The position numbers and the translations under genes are program-made. A DNA stretch of 64,000 nt from contig CATNEN010000024.1 of NCBI GenBank assembly GCA_950097015.1, positions 868,001-932,000 on the forward strand, given 5' to 3'. The notes under the pieces are model-generated. The model searched no databases. It was given only the letters and a program-made list of their open reading frames with translations, and was not told where the DNA came from. The stretch is from Macrostomum hystrix (taxonomy: Eukaryota; Animalia; Platyhelminthes). Below, piece by piece: positions 23,401 to 34,500 of this stretch (its first letter is position 1; each line of letters opens with the position of its first letter).

Positions 23401-24071
23401 GGGATAGATTAGCAATCCATTCTGTTCCTTCACCCATGGGATAGACTAGCAATCCATTCTGTTCCTTCACCCATGGGATAGATTAGCAATCCATTCTGTT
23501 ACTTCACACATGGTATAGACTAGCAATCCATTCTGCTACTTCACCCATGGTATAGACTAGCAATCCATCTAATCTGTCTGATTTGCTGTCAGGCATCAGC
23601 GGCCAGGCAGGTCTCAACGGCACGAATTCCTACACCGGCGACTGGCCGCAGAACAATGGCCTGGGCGGCACCAACGGTCAGCCAGGCGAGTGGGTCGATC
23701 CGACTGTGTCGCAGGGTCTGCGCGGAGGACCCGGGGCCGGCTGGCTGGCCGCAGCGCCGGCCCGCACCAACACGGCCTACGGCCAGCGTGGCGGCGGTCG
23801 CGTCCAGGGCTGGGTCGGCGGTATCGGCGGCGCCGCCAACACCGGCGCGGTTGGCGGCTTCGGCGGCGGCGGCGGCGGTGGCCCGGCTCTTGGCGCTGGC
23901 GGCGGAGCCGGAGGCTACAGCGGCGGCGGCGCCGGCACCTACTATAAAGTGACTGGAGGCGGCGGTGGCTCCTACTGCGGTGGATTCGGCTGCGTCGCTG
24001 TCACTGGCGGCAATAGCGGCTCCGACAATGGCTTCGTCATTTTTAAACTGATAAGCACTGGGGCTTGCTAA
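20463..24071 (+). CDS. Secreted protein: signal peptide + PAN/apple-like domain + ALK/LTK-type glycine-rich domain (~402 aa, 4 exons)
   Basis: Exons 20463-20529, 20612-20941, 22716-23048, 23593-24071; all introns phase 1 GT-AG. Signal peptide MPKMLAEHFLFLAAVLTLTVARA. PAN-like Cys pattern (CVLECGGAECAAAAW...CQL). Glycine-rich-domain motifs YRVEARGARGG, GATVAADFNL, VVVGQRG, GGGGGGGSFV, LLLAAGGGGG, GGFGGGGG, GGYSGG, GGGGGSY, GFVIF. Stop TAA with no TM segment. Confidence 0.85.
20958..21707. repeat. 33-bp G-rich intronic minisatellite (GAAGGGTTGGAGTGAGGGAGTCCAGGGTGAACT), ~22 copies
   Basis: Starts ~17 nt after the exon-2 donor at 20942. Confidence 0.97.
22300..22630. repeat. Degenerate 29-bp repeat (CCACAATGTCCCTGTCCTTATCTACCTCA); inverted partner at 24085-24240
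   Basis: The unit is the reverse complement of TGAGGTAGATAAGGACAGGGACATTGTGG found after the stop codon. Confidence 0.85.
23080..23570. repeat. 37-bp intronic minisatellite (CCATTCTGTTCCTTCACCCATGGGATAGATTAGCAAT), ~13 copies
   Basis: Fills almost the whole of intron 23049-23592. Confidence 0.96.
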
Positions 24072-24084
24072 TGATGGCTTGAGG

Positions 24085-24240
24085 AAATGGAGATAAGGAC
24101 AGGAACCTTTTTGCGAGGTAGATAGGGACATGGGTATTGTGGTGAGGTAGATAAGGACAGGGACATTGTGGTGAGGTAGATAAGGACAGGGACATTGTGG
24201 TGAGGTAGATAAGGACAGGGACATTTTTGTTAGGTAGATA
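24085..24240. repeat. 29-bp repeat, inverted relative to 22300-22630
   Basis: TGAGGTAGATAAGGACAGGGACATTGTGG x ~4-5, in the 3'UTR region. Confidence 0.85.
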
Positions 24241-24264
24241 AGAGCAGATATATTTTGCTGTGAT

Positions 24265-24577
24265 AGGTTAGTTATGATGGATATTGTGCTGTGGCAGGTT
24301 AGTTATGATGGATATTGTGCTGTGGCAGGTTAGTTATGATGGATATTGTGCTGTGGCAGGTTAGTTATGATGGATATTGTGCTGTGGTAGGTTAGTTATG
24401 ATGGATATTGTGCTGTGGTAGGTTAGCTATGATTGATATTGTGTTGTGGTAGGTTAGTTATGATGGATATTGTGCTGTGGTAGGTTAGCTATGATGGATA
24501 TTGTGCTGTGGTAGGTTAGCTATGATGGATATTGTGCTGTGGTAGGTTAGCTATGATGGATATTGTGCTGTGGTAGG
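24265..24577. repeat. 31-bp minisatellite (AGGTTAGTTATGATGGATATTGTGCTGTGGY), ~10 copies
   Basis: Direct tandem copies. Confidence 0.95.
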
Positions 24578-24974
24578 ATATTTTCGATACGCAACGGATT
24601 CGTATACCCGAAACAAAAAAAAAATATTATAGTTTTTATTTTGAAAATAACTTTTACTTTTAGAAGCTACAGTCTTAACTTTTCGTAGTCATACTTGTTC
24701 TCAAGTTAACCTTACTCGAGTGACTCTGTCTTAAATTTTGTTTAAATTAAGATTTTCGATTGTAAGCCCGTAGAAACTGTAGTCAGTGTTAGAATTTTTT
24801 CTGATATTTTTTCGTAAGATATGATATATTTCGATAGGGTTATTAAGCTACTGAAAGCCAAATAAAATTATTCAATAGATTTTCACCGTTGGCTTCTTTA
24901 TTTGGACGCAGTCACGGAAGCAAAAGTTTTTCGACGGGATTTTGAACAGTCTAAAAAATTAAATAATAAAATAA

Positions 24975-25140
24975 GAGGCCAACCTCCAAGGCACAGTGAA
25001 ATTGTACACCGCCTGACGTTGAGAAAGTCAGTCCAGATGTACACACCTGTGTGAGCGTGTGCCTGCGTACAGTATCTGTGTGCGTGTGTGCTCAGGAGCC
25101 AGCGAAATGGGCAGACAGATAAATAGCATTGCATGACGGC
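24975..25140 (+). mobile_element. SINE family A, 3' part (5'-truncated)
   Basis: GAGGCCAACCTCCAAGGCACAGTG...GAGAAAGTCAG..CAGATGTACACACC...GCTCAGGAG.CAGCGAAATGGGCAGA. Confidence 0.8.
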
Positions 25141-25719
25141 ATGCGACAATATAGAATTCATTTTTACAGATTATCACTCCAATAAAATAAGGATTAGCTA
25201 ATTTTTTAAATAACATGATGGTAGTAATTCAAAAAGGGACACCACAGAAACCATAAAAATCATATATCCGTAGAAATTAAACAATTTTTTCATAGTTTCT
25301 CAACTTATTCGCTGCATACAAATTCAGTTATTCTATACCAAACAAACAGCGACTTCGCTTCCCCCCAAAAAGTCTGCCCCCTGTTTGGGCAGAGTGCTGA
25401 AAGTTGAAATGATACTTTTTGGATGCAGGAAAAGCTGTTCTGAGCACATCTACTCACCAAATAGTAGATTTGGGATTGTGACACGCCTGTAAATCCTGGC
25501 TTAAAGATAACAAAGAAATCGGCACACACTTTCTGTCTATTGCAACCTGAGGAACTGATCGCTTTATTGACACTATCGATGCATTCTTGATAACAAACCT
25601 GGAACCATTAGCTTTTAAATCCAAGCTTCATAGGCCAAAAACGGCTTGCGGGAATGAAACAATGTCCTGATACTTTATGAAGTACAATAGTGAACATTTC
25701 CAGTACCGTGCAGTGTTTT

Positions 25720-28168
25720 ACTGAGCATTCTCACTAGTCACACTGTTGGTGACTGAACTTTCTCACTAGTCACACTGTTGGTGACTGAGCATTCTCACTA
25801 GTCACACTGTTGGTGACTGAACTTTCTCACTAGTCACACTGTTGGTGACTGAACTTTCTCACTAGTCACACTGTTGGTGACTGAACTTTCTCACTAGTCA
25901 CACTGTTGGTGACTGAACTTTCTCACAGTCACACTGTTGGTGACTGAACTTTCTCACTAGTCACACTGTTGGTGACTGAACTTTCTCACTAGTCACACTG
26001 TTGGTGACTGAACTTTCTCACTAGTCACACTGTTGGTGACTGAGCATTCTCACTAGTCACACTGTTGGTGACTGAGCATTCTCACTAGTCACACTGTTGG
26101 TGACTGAACTTTCTCACTAGTCACACTGTTGGTGACTGAACTTTCTCACTAGTCACACTGTTGGTGACTGAACTTTCTCACTAGTCACACTGTTGGTGAC
26201 TGAACTTTCTCACTAGTCACACTGTTGGTGACTGAGCATTCTCACTAGTCACACTGTTGGTGACTGAGCATTCTCACTTGTCACACTGTTGGTGACTGAA
26301 CTTTCTCACTAGTCACACTGTTGGTGACTGAACATTCTCACTAGTCACACTGTTGGTGACTGAACTTTCTCACTAGTCACACTGTTGGTGACTGAACTTT
26401 CTCACTAGTCACACTGTTGGTGACTGAGCATTCTCACTAGTCACACTGTTGGTGACTGAACTTTCTCACTAGTCACACTGTTGGTGACTGAACTTTCTCA
26501 CTAGTCACACTGTTGGTGACTGAGCATTCTCACTAGTCACACTGTTGGTGACTGAACTTTCTCACTAGTCACACTGTTGGTGACTGAACTTTCTCACTAG
26601 TCACACTGTTGGTGACTGAACTTTCTCACTAGTCACACTGTTGGTGACTGAACTTTCTCACTAGTCACACTGTTGGTGACTGAGCATTCTCACTAGTCAC
26701 ACTGTTGGTGACTGAACTTTCTCACTAGTCACACTGTTGGTGACTGAACTTTCTCACTAGTCACACTGTTGGTGACTGAACTTTCTCACTAGTCACACTG
26801 TTGGTGACTGAACTTTCTCACTAGTCACACTGTTGGTGACTGAACTTTCTCACTAGTCACACTGTTGGTGACTGAGCATTCTCACTAGTCACACTGTTGG
26901 TGACTGAACTTTCTCACTAGTCACACTGTTGGTGACTGAACTTTCTCACTAGTCACACTGTTGGTGACTGAGCATTCTCACTAGTCACACTGTTGGTGAC
27001 TGAACTTTCTCACTAGTCACACTGTTGGTGACTGAACTTTCTCACTAGTCACACTGTTGGTGACTGAACTTTCTCACTAGTCACACTGTTGGTGACTGAA
27101 CTTTCTCACTAGTCACACTGTTGGTGACTGAGCATTCTCACTAGTCACACTGTTGGTGACTGAGCATTCTCACTAGTCACACTGTTGGTGACTGAACTTT
27201 CTCACTAGTCACACTGTTGGTGACTGAACTTTCTCACTAGTCACACTGTTGGTGACTGAGCATTCTCACTAGTCACACTGTTGGTGACTGAACTTTCTCA
27301 CTAGTCACACTGTTGGTGACTGAGCATTCTCACTAGTCACACTGTTGGTGACTGAACTTTCTCACTAGTCACACTGGTGACTGAACTTTCTCACTAGTCA
27401 CACTGTTGGTGACTGAACTTTCTCACTAGTCACACTGTTGGTGACTGAGCATTCTCACTAGTCACACTGTTGGTGACTGAACTTTCTCACTAGTCACACT
27501 GTTGGTGACTGAGCATTCTCACTAGTCACACTGTTGGTGACTGAACTTTCTCACTAGTCACACTGTTGGTGACTGAGCATTCTCACTAGTCACACTGTTG
27601 GTGACTGAACTTTCTCACTAGTCACACTGTTGGTGACTGAACTTTCTCACTAGTCACACTGTTGGTGACTGAACTTTCTCACTAGTCACACTGTTGGTGA
27701 CTGAGCATTCTCACTAGTCACACTGTTGGTGACTGAACTTTCTCACTAGTCACACTGTTGGTGACTGAACTTTCTCACTAGTCACACTGTTGGTGACTGA
27801 GCATTCTCACTAGTCACACTGTTGGTGACTGAACTTTCTCACTAGTCACACTGTTGGTGACTGAACTTTCTCACTAGTCACACTGTTGGTGACTGAACTT
27901 TCTCACTAGTCACACTGTTGGTGACTGAACTTTCTCACTAGTCACACTGTTGGTGACTGAACTTTCTCACTAGTCACACTGTTGGTGACTGAACTTTCTC
28001 ACTAGTCACACTGTTGGTGACTGAACTTTCTCACTAGTCACACTGTTGGTGACTGAACTTTCTCACTAGTCACACTGTTGGTGACTGAACTTTCTCACTA
28101 GTCACACTGTTGGTGACTGAGCATTCTCACTAGTCACACTGTTGGTGACTGAGCATTCTCACTAGTCA
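25720..28168. repeat. 32-bp homogeneous satellite (CTCACTAGTCACACTGTTGGTGACTGAACTTT / ...GAGCATT), ~76 copies
   Basis: Head-to-tail units with no spacers; each contains an AGTCAC-N7-GTGACT stem and an ACTAGT site; two alternating variants. Confidence 0.98.
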
Positions 28169-28594
28169 CTGGCAATAAAAATAAAAAAGACTTTTGATAT
28201 TTTACTGAGTTTCGCTTTAGGTTAAGGAAATTTGACTGCAGGCAATTATTATACTTAGTAGAATTCACTCTATTGATCTAGGCTTGAGTAACAATAATAG
28301 ATTATGCATGAAAATTAGCAAGCAAAAAAATTCATTTTTGAATTAATGAATAACTGTATAAAAACTAGAGAAAGAAAATTTACAGCAATAAGGAATTCAA
28401 CGACTTATAGTTTTTATCAATCAGTTTAAGACTGAGAATTCTATACACGCTTGTACATTGTAAATTTTGACGAATTTTCTAAGTAAGTTAGTGAGCTTAA
28501 CAAAGATTAGCGCACTAAAATGACACCCCTAAAATCGGGCGTGCAATTTTTTTTCTTTGAATCGAGACTACGCTCGAGACTTCTAAGTTGCCGA

Positions 28595-31500
28595 CTAAAT
28601 AAAGGGATTCATCGGCGCGGCGCTAATCTCCTCAATAAACGGGTCCAGGAATGATCGACAGCTCAATAGGCCAGTACTCAGCACAATGTAGTCGGCGGGA
28701 ACTGTAAATTATATTATAGATTTGTGATTTAAATAAAAAAATCCACGCACTATACTACTCACGAGCAGCAGTAGTCTGCAGCAAAACAATAATGTACAAT
28801 GAAGGGCTTACAATCGTCCGATTGCGATAGGAAGCGAAGTGCGCTGATCTCCGAGTAGGTTACGCCGCCAACAAACACAACCAGATTGTGCTTGGTGTCA
28901 GTTGAGTACACTGGCGGTACAGGGCCGTCTGGGGGTGTAGAAATTCAGTGAACTGTCAGCGTCATGCAATCAATCAGAATAGTCACACATCACACCTCTA
29001 GATGTAGGCGGACTTCTCAATGACCCAGAAGGTTGTTCTCAATGACCCAGGAGGATGTTCTCAATGAACCAGAAGGTTGTTCTCAATGACCCAGGAGGAT
29101 GTTCTCAATGAACCAGAAGGTTGTACTCAATGACCCAGGATGATGTTCTCAATGACCCAGTAGGATGTTCTCAATGACCCAGGAGGATGTTCTCAAGGCT
29201 GAGCCACGCCAGCATCGCTCACCTTGCCGAAGTCCCTTGACCTTCTGCATCGTCTCGTAGGCGGGGCCCCCGGGCAGGAAGTCCAGCGCGTCCCTGATGC
29301 TTCGCCAGCCGGGCTGGGAGAATTTCTGTACTAGCCTGGCGCTGATTGGCGCGTAGCCGCTGGTTACGTAATGGAAATCAGCGGGCGCCTCTTCGTTGAG
29401 CTGCTCGGGGCACAGGTTGAGTGTTGTTTTAATAGCCGGGTAGTTATTTCTAGCGCCTGGCTTCTGCTCTGCAATTAGGCCGGCTTTGGCCAAATTGCAC
29501 CACGTGATTAGCTTGTCAGCGCCGTAAGCCTAGTTGGAGCAATGACAGCGTTTGACATTAGTTATATATTCATTGCTCTAAAATTGAATTGATCGATTTC
29601 TGACTGGCAATGCTAGAGCTGTCAATCTAAAAGTCATCTGAACTGTCATTCTAAAAGTCATCAAAAATGTCATTCTAAAGGTCATCAGAACTGTCATTCT
29701 AAAGGTCATCAGAACTGTCATTCTAAAGGTCATCAGAACTGTCATTCTAAAAGTCATCAAAAATGTCATTCTAAAGGTCATCAGAACTGACATTCTAAAG
29801 GTCATCAGAACTGTCATTCTAAAGGTCATCAGAACTGTCATTCTAAAGGTCATCAGAACTGTCATTCTAAAGGTCATCAGAACTGTCATTCTAAAGGTCA
29901 TCAGAACTGACATTCTAAAGGTCATCAGAACTGTCATTCTAAAGGTCATCAGAACTGACATTCTAAAGGTCATCAGAACTGTCATTCTAAAGGTCATCAG
30001 AACTGACATTCTAAAGGTCATCAGAACTGACATTCTAAAGGTCATCAGAACTGTCATTCTAAAGGTCATCAGAACTGACATTCTAAAGGTCAACAGAACT
30101 GTCATTCTAAAGGTCATCAGAACTGACATTCTAAAGGTCATCAGAACTGTCATTCTAAAGGTCATCAGAACTGTCATTCTAAAGGTCATCAGAACTGTCA
30201 TTCTAAAGGTCAACAGAACTGTCATTCTAAAGGTCATCAGAACTGTCATTCTAAAGGTCATCAGAACTGTCATTCTAAAGGTCATCAGAACTGACATTCT
30301 AAAGGTCATCAGAACTGTCATTCTAAAGGTCATCAGAACTGTCATTCTAAAGGTCAACAGAACTGTCATTCTAAAGGTCAACAGAACTGTCATTCTAAAG
30401 GTCAACAGAACTGTCATTCTAAAGGTCATCAGAACTGTCATTCTAAAGGTCATCAGAACTGTCATTCTAAAGGTCATCAGAACTGTCATTCTAAAGGTCA
30501 TCAGAACTGACATTCTAAAGGTCAACAGAACTGTCATTCTAAAGGTCATCAGAACTGTCATTCTAAAGGTCATCAGAACTGTCATTCTAAAGGTCATCTG
30601 AACTGTCATTCTAAAGGTCATCTAAAGGTCATTAAAACTGCTATCACAAAGACCATTCGAACAAACATTCTAAAGGACAATTGAACTACCTAGTGGAACT
30701 ATCTACTACTAGCCTAGAGGATAGAGCTTCGGACCTTCGACTTAAAGGTCGAGGGTTCGATTCCCGACTCCTCTTAAACAATTTGTGTCCTCTAGCAAGA
30801 CACCGAACTCTGCATTGTGTCAATTCTCCCAGCCGGTGCCAGCACCAGGTTAGGTAATTTAGGGTGGGTGTGGCGTCCCCCCAGTCCATGGACTGAACAG
30901 CCGTACGCAGCCTTCAGATGCGCTGCGCAATAGCTGCGGCTGTGCTGTCGGCTGCACATCCTGCCCAATAGGGGCAGTTGTAATCTATTATTTACCTCGT
31001 ATTATAATAATTAACATTAAGATCCACCTGAGCAATATCCCGCATGTACTGTTGAGCCAGCTTAGGCTTTAGGCCGCCATTGCAGAACGACTGTACGCAG
31101 ACTAGGCGCAGCACATCTGGCAGCGGCCCCTCTCTAGCGATCAAAGATTCTATGAAAGGATTCGGCCGATCAGTTTCGTAGGCGCGCACCAGCTCGTGCT
31201 GGCACTCGTACAGATCCATGTACTCGTCCGTCTCAGTGTGCGCTTTGACCTTCTCTGTTACTGTAGTGAACACGGCCAGCGAGTTCTTGGCCGCCTGCAT
31301 ATGCGGCAGCTTGCTCACGATCTTCTTCAGCTCGGCTACCGTGTTGGCCTGGTGGCGCTCCTGTGAGAAGCAGGGAAGAAAAGTGCATTGTGGGATCTCT
31401 GACAATATGGGATCTCTAATTATATGGGATCTCTGATTATATGGGATCTTAGACAATATGGCATCTTAGACAATATGGGATCTCTGATTATATGGGATCT

Positions 31501-34500
31501 TAGACAATATGGGATCTTAGACAATATGGGATCTCTGATTATATGGGATCTTAGACAATATGGGATCTCTGATAATATGGTATCTCTGACAAGATGGGAT
31601 CTCCGACAATACGGGATCTCCGACAATATGGTATATATAAGACAATATGGTATATATAAGACAATATGGTATATATAAGACAATATGGTATATATAAGAC
31701 AATATGGGATCTCTGACAATATTGGGTCTCTGACAATATGGGGTCTTAGACAATATGGGATCTCTGAAATATGGGATCTTAGACAATATGGGATCTCTGA
31801 CAATATGGGATCTTAGACAATATGGGATCTCTGACAATATGGGATCTTTGACAATATGGGATCTCTGACAATATGGGATCTTAGACAATATGGGATCTCT
31901 GACAATATGGGGATGATGATATGGAAATCGCTAAAAATATGATTTCTGAAAAAATACGAATTGAAAAAAAAGAGATTTCTAACAATATGGGGATATCTGA
32001 AAATGTTGGGAGATCTGAACTTTTGTACTATCAAACAACACATTAATAGGACTTACATCAAACTGAGCCGATATGTTTCTGGCAAACTTGCTGAGCAGTT
32101 TCCCGATTGCATTGATGTGACGATCTCTGAGATCGGCGAACACTTCGTCGGCGGAATTCAACGCTACTTTGCGCTCTTCGACAACGTCGTTTTCGCGTGG
32201 AATTCCCACCACGATCCTGGCTGGAGATTAGTTCAGGGATGGTAGAACAGTTTATCAAATGCCTAGATAATAGTAAACCTAGAATAAATAAGCAAAGAAG
32301 GATGACGACTGATAGTAAAGGAATGGGAGAAGAGGCCATGAAGGAATGGGAGAAGAGGCCATGAAGGAATGGGAGAAGAGGCCCTGAAGGAATGGGAGAA
32401 GAGGCCATGAAGGAATGGGAGAAGAGGCCCTGAAGGAATGGGAGAAGAGGCCCTGAAGGAATGGGAGAAGAGGCCCTGAAGGAATGGGAGAAGAGACCCT
32501 GAAGGAATGGGAGAAGAGGCTCTGAAGGAATGGGAGAAGAGGCCCTGAAGGAATGGGAGAAGAGACCCTGAAGGAATGGGAGAAGAGGCTCTGAAGGAAT
32601 GGGAGAAGAGGCCCTGAAGGAATGGGATATGAGGCCCTGATGGAATGGGAGAAGAGGCCATGAAGGAATGGGAGAAGAGGCAATGAAGGAATGGGAGAAG
32701 ATGCCATGAAGGAATGGGAGAAATAGGCCATGAAGGAATGGGAGAAGAGGCCCTGAAGGAATGGGAGAAGAGGCCTTGAAGGAATGGGAGAAGAGGCCAT
32801 GAAGGAATGGGAGAAGAGGCCATGAAGGAATGGGAGAAGAGGCCCTGAAGGAATGGGAGAAGAGGCTCTGAAGGAATGGGAGAAGAGGCCATGAAGGAAT
32901 GGGAGAAGAGGCCATGAAGGAATGGGAGAAGAGGCCATGAAGGAATAGGAGAAGAGGCCATGAAGGAATGGGAGAAGAGGCCATGAAGGAATGGGAGAAG
33001 AGGCCATGAAGGAATGGGAGAAATAGGCCATGAAGGAATGGGAGAAGAGGCCATGAAGGAATGGGAGAAGAGGCCCTGAAGGAATGGGAGAAGAGGCCAT
33101 GAAGGAATGGGAGAAGAGGCCATGAAGGAATGGGAGAAGAGGCCCTGAAGGAATGGGAGAAGAGGCTCTGAAGGAATGGGAGAAGAGGCCATGAAGGAAT
33201 GGGAGAAGAGGCCATGAAGGAATGGGAGAAGAGGCCATGAAGGAATAGGAGAAGAGGCCATGAAGGAATGGGAGAAGAGGCCATGAAGGAATGGGAGAAG
33301 AGGCCATGAAGGAATGGGAGAAATAGGCCATGAAGGAATGGGAGAAGAGGCCATGAAGGAATGGGAGAAGAGGCCCTGAAGGAATGGGAGAAGAGGCCAT
33401 GAAGGAATGGGAGAAGAGGCCTTGAAGGAATGGGAGAAGAGGCCCTGAAGGAATGGGAGAAGAGGCCTTGAAGGAATGGGAGAAGAGGCCTTGAAGGAAT
33501 GGGAGAAGAGGCCATGAAGGAATAGGAGAAGAGGCCCTGAAGGAATGGGAGAAGAGGCCATGAAGGAATGGGAGAAGAGGCCCTGAAGGAATGGGAGAAG
33601 AGGCCATGAAGGAATGGGAGAAATAGGCCATGAAGGAATGGGAGAAGAGGCCATGAAGGAATGGGAGAAGAGGCCCTGAAGGAATGGGAGAAGAGGCCAT
33701 GAAGGAATGGGAGAAGAGGCCTTGAAGGAATGGGAGAAGAGGCCCTGAAGGAATGGGAGAAGAGGCCCTGAAGGAATGGGAGAAGAGGCCTTGAAGGAAT
33801 GGGAGAAGAGGCCATGAAGGAATGGGAGAAGAGGCCCTGAAGGAATGGGAGAAGAGGCCTTGAAGGAATGGGAGAAGAGGCCATGAAGGAATAGGAGAAG
33901 AGGCCATGAAGGAATGGGAGAAGAGGCCATGAAGGAATGGGAGAAGAGGCCCTGAAGGAATGGGAGAAGAGGCCATGAAGGAATGGGAGAAGAGACCCTG
34001 AAGGAATGGGAGAAGAGGCTCTGAAGGAATGGGAGAAGAGGCACTGAAGGAATGGGAGAAGAGGCCTTGAAGGAATGGGAGAAGAGGCCCTGAAGGAATG
34101 GGAGAAGAGGCCCTGAAGGAATGGGAGAAGAGGCCCTGAAGGAATGGGAGAAGAGTCCTTGAAGGAATGGGAGAAGAGGCCCTGAAGGAATGGGAGAAGA
34201 GGCCCTGAAGGAATGGGAGAAGAGGCCTTGAAGGAATGGGAGAAGAGGCCCTGAAGGAATGGGAGAAGAGGCCCTGAAGGAATGGGAGAAGAGGCCCTGA
34301 AGGAATGGGAGAAGAGGCCCTGAAGGAATGGGAGAAGAGGCCTTGAAGGAATGGGAGAAGAGGCCCTGAAGGAATGTGGGAGTCATGATGAGAGAAAGCC
34401 TTTACAGGGCACCTTGAATTACAGCTATACTTTTTGTGAATTTTCAAGCAAACTTTTCAAGCACTCACTGTACTTGGGCTGGTAAACCTCTTCAATGAGG

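Noticed and set aside
22716-24071. Collagen, loricrin or antifreeze-protein interpretation of the Gly-rich exons
   Set aside because: No Gly-X-Y periodicity; the ordered non-Gly motifs fit the ALK/LTK-type glycine-rich domain better.
25720-28168. CRISPR array (32-bp partly palindromic repeats)
   Set aside because: Units are contiguous with no unique spacers, there are no cas genes and the context is eukaryotic.
29578-30621. 347-aa [11 protein letters not shown]
   Set aside because: In-frame 24-bp minisatellite inside a VPS33A intron; VPS33A is complete without it.
30710-30790. tRNA gene (also the heads at 11780-11850, 53840-53890 and 62455-62520)
   Set aside because: A/B boxes are present but the cloverleaf stems are incomplete and each head continues into a shared SINE body.
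32058-34447. 600-720-aa SSPIPS/LLPFL ORFs
   Set aside because: Three-frame translations of a 23-bp intronic array.
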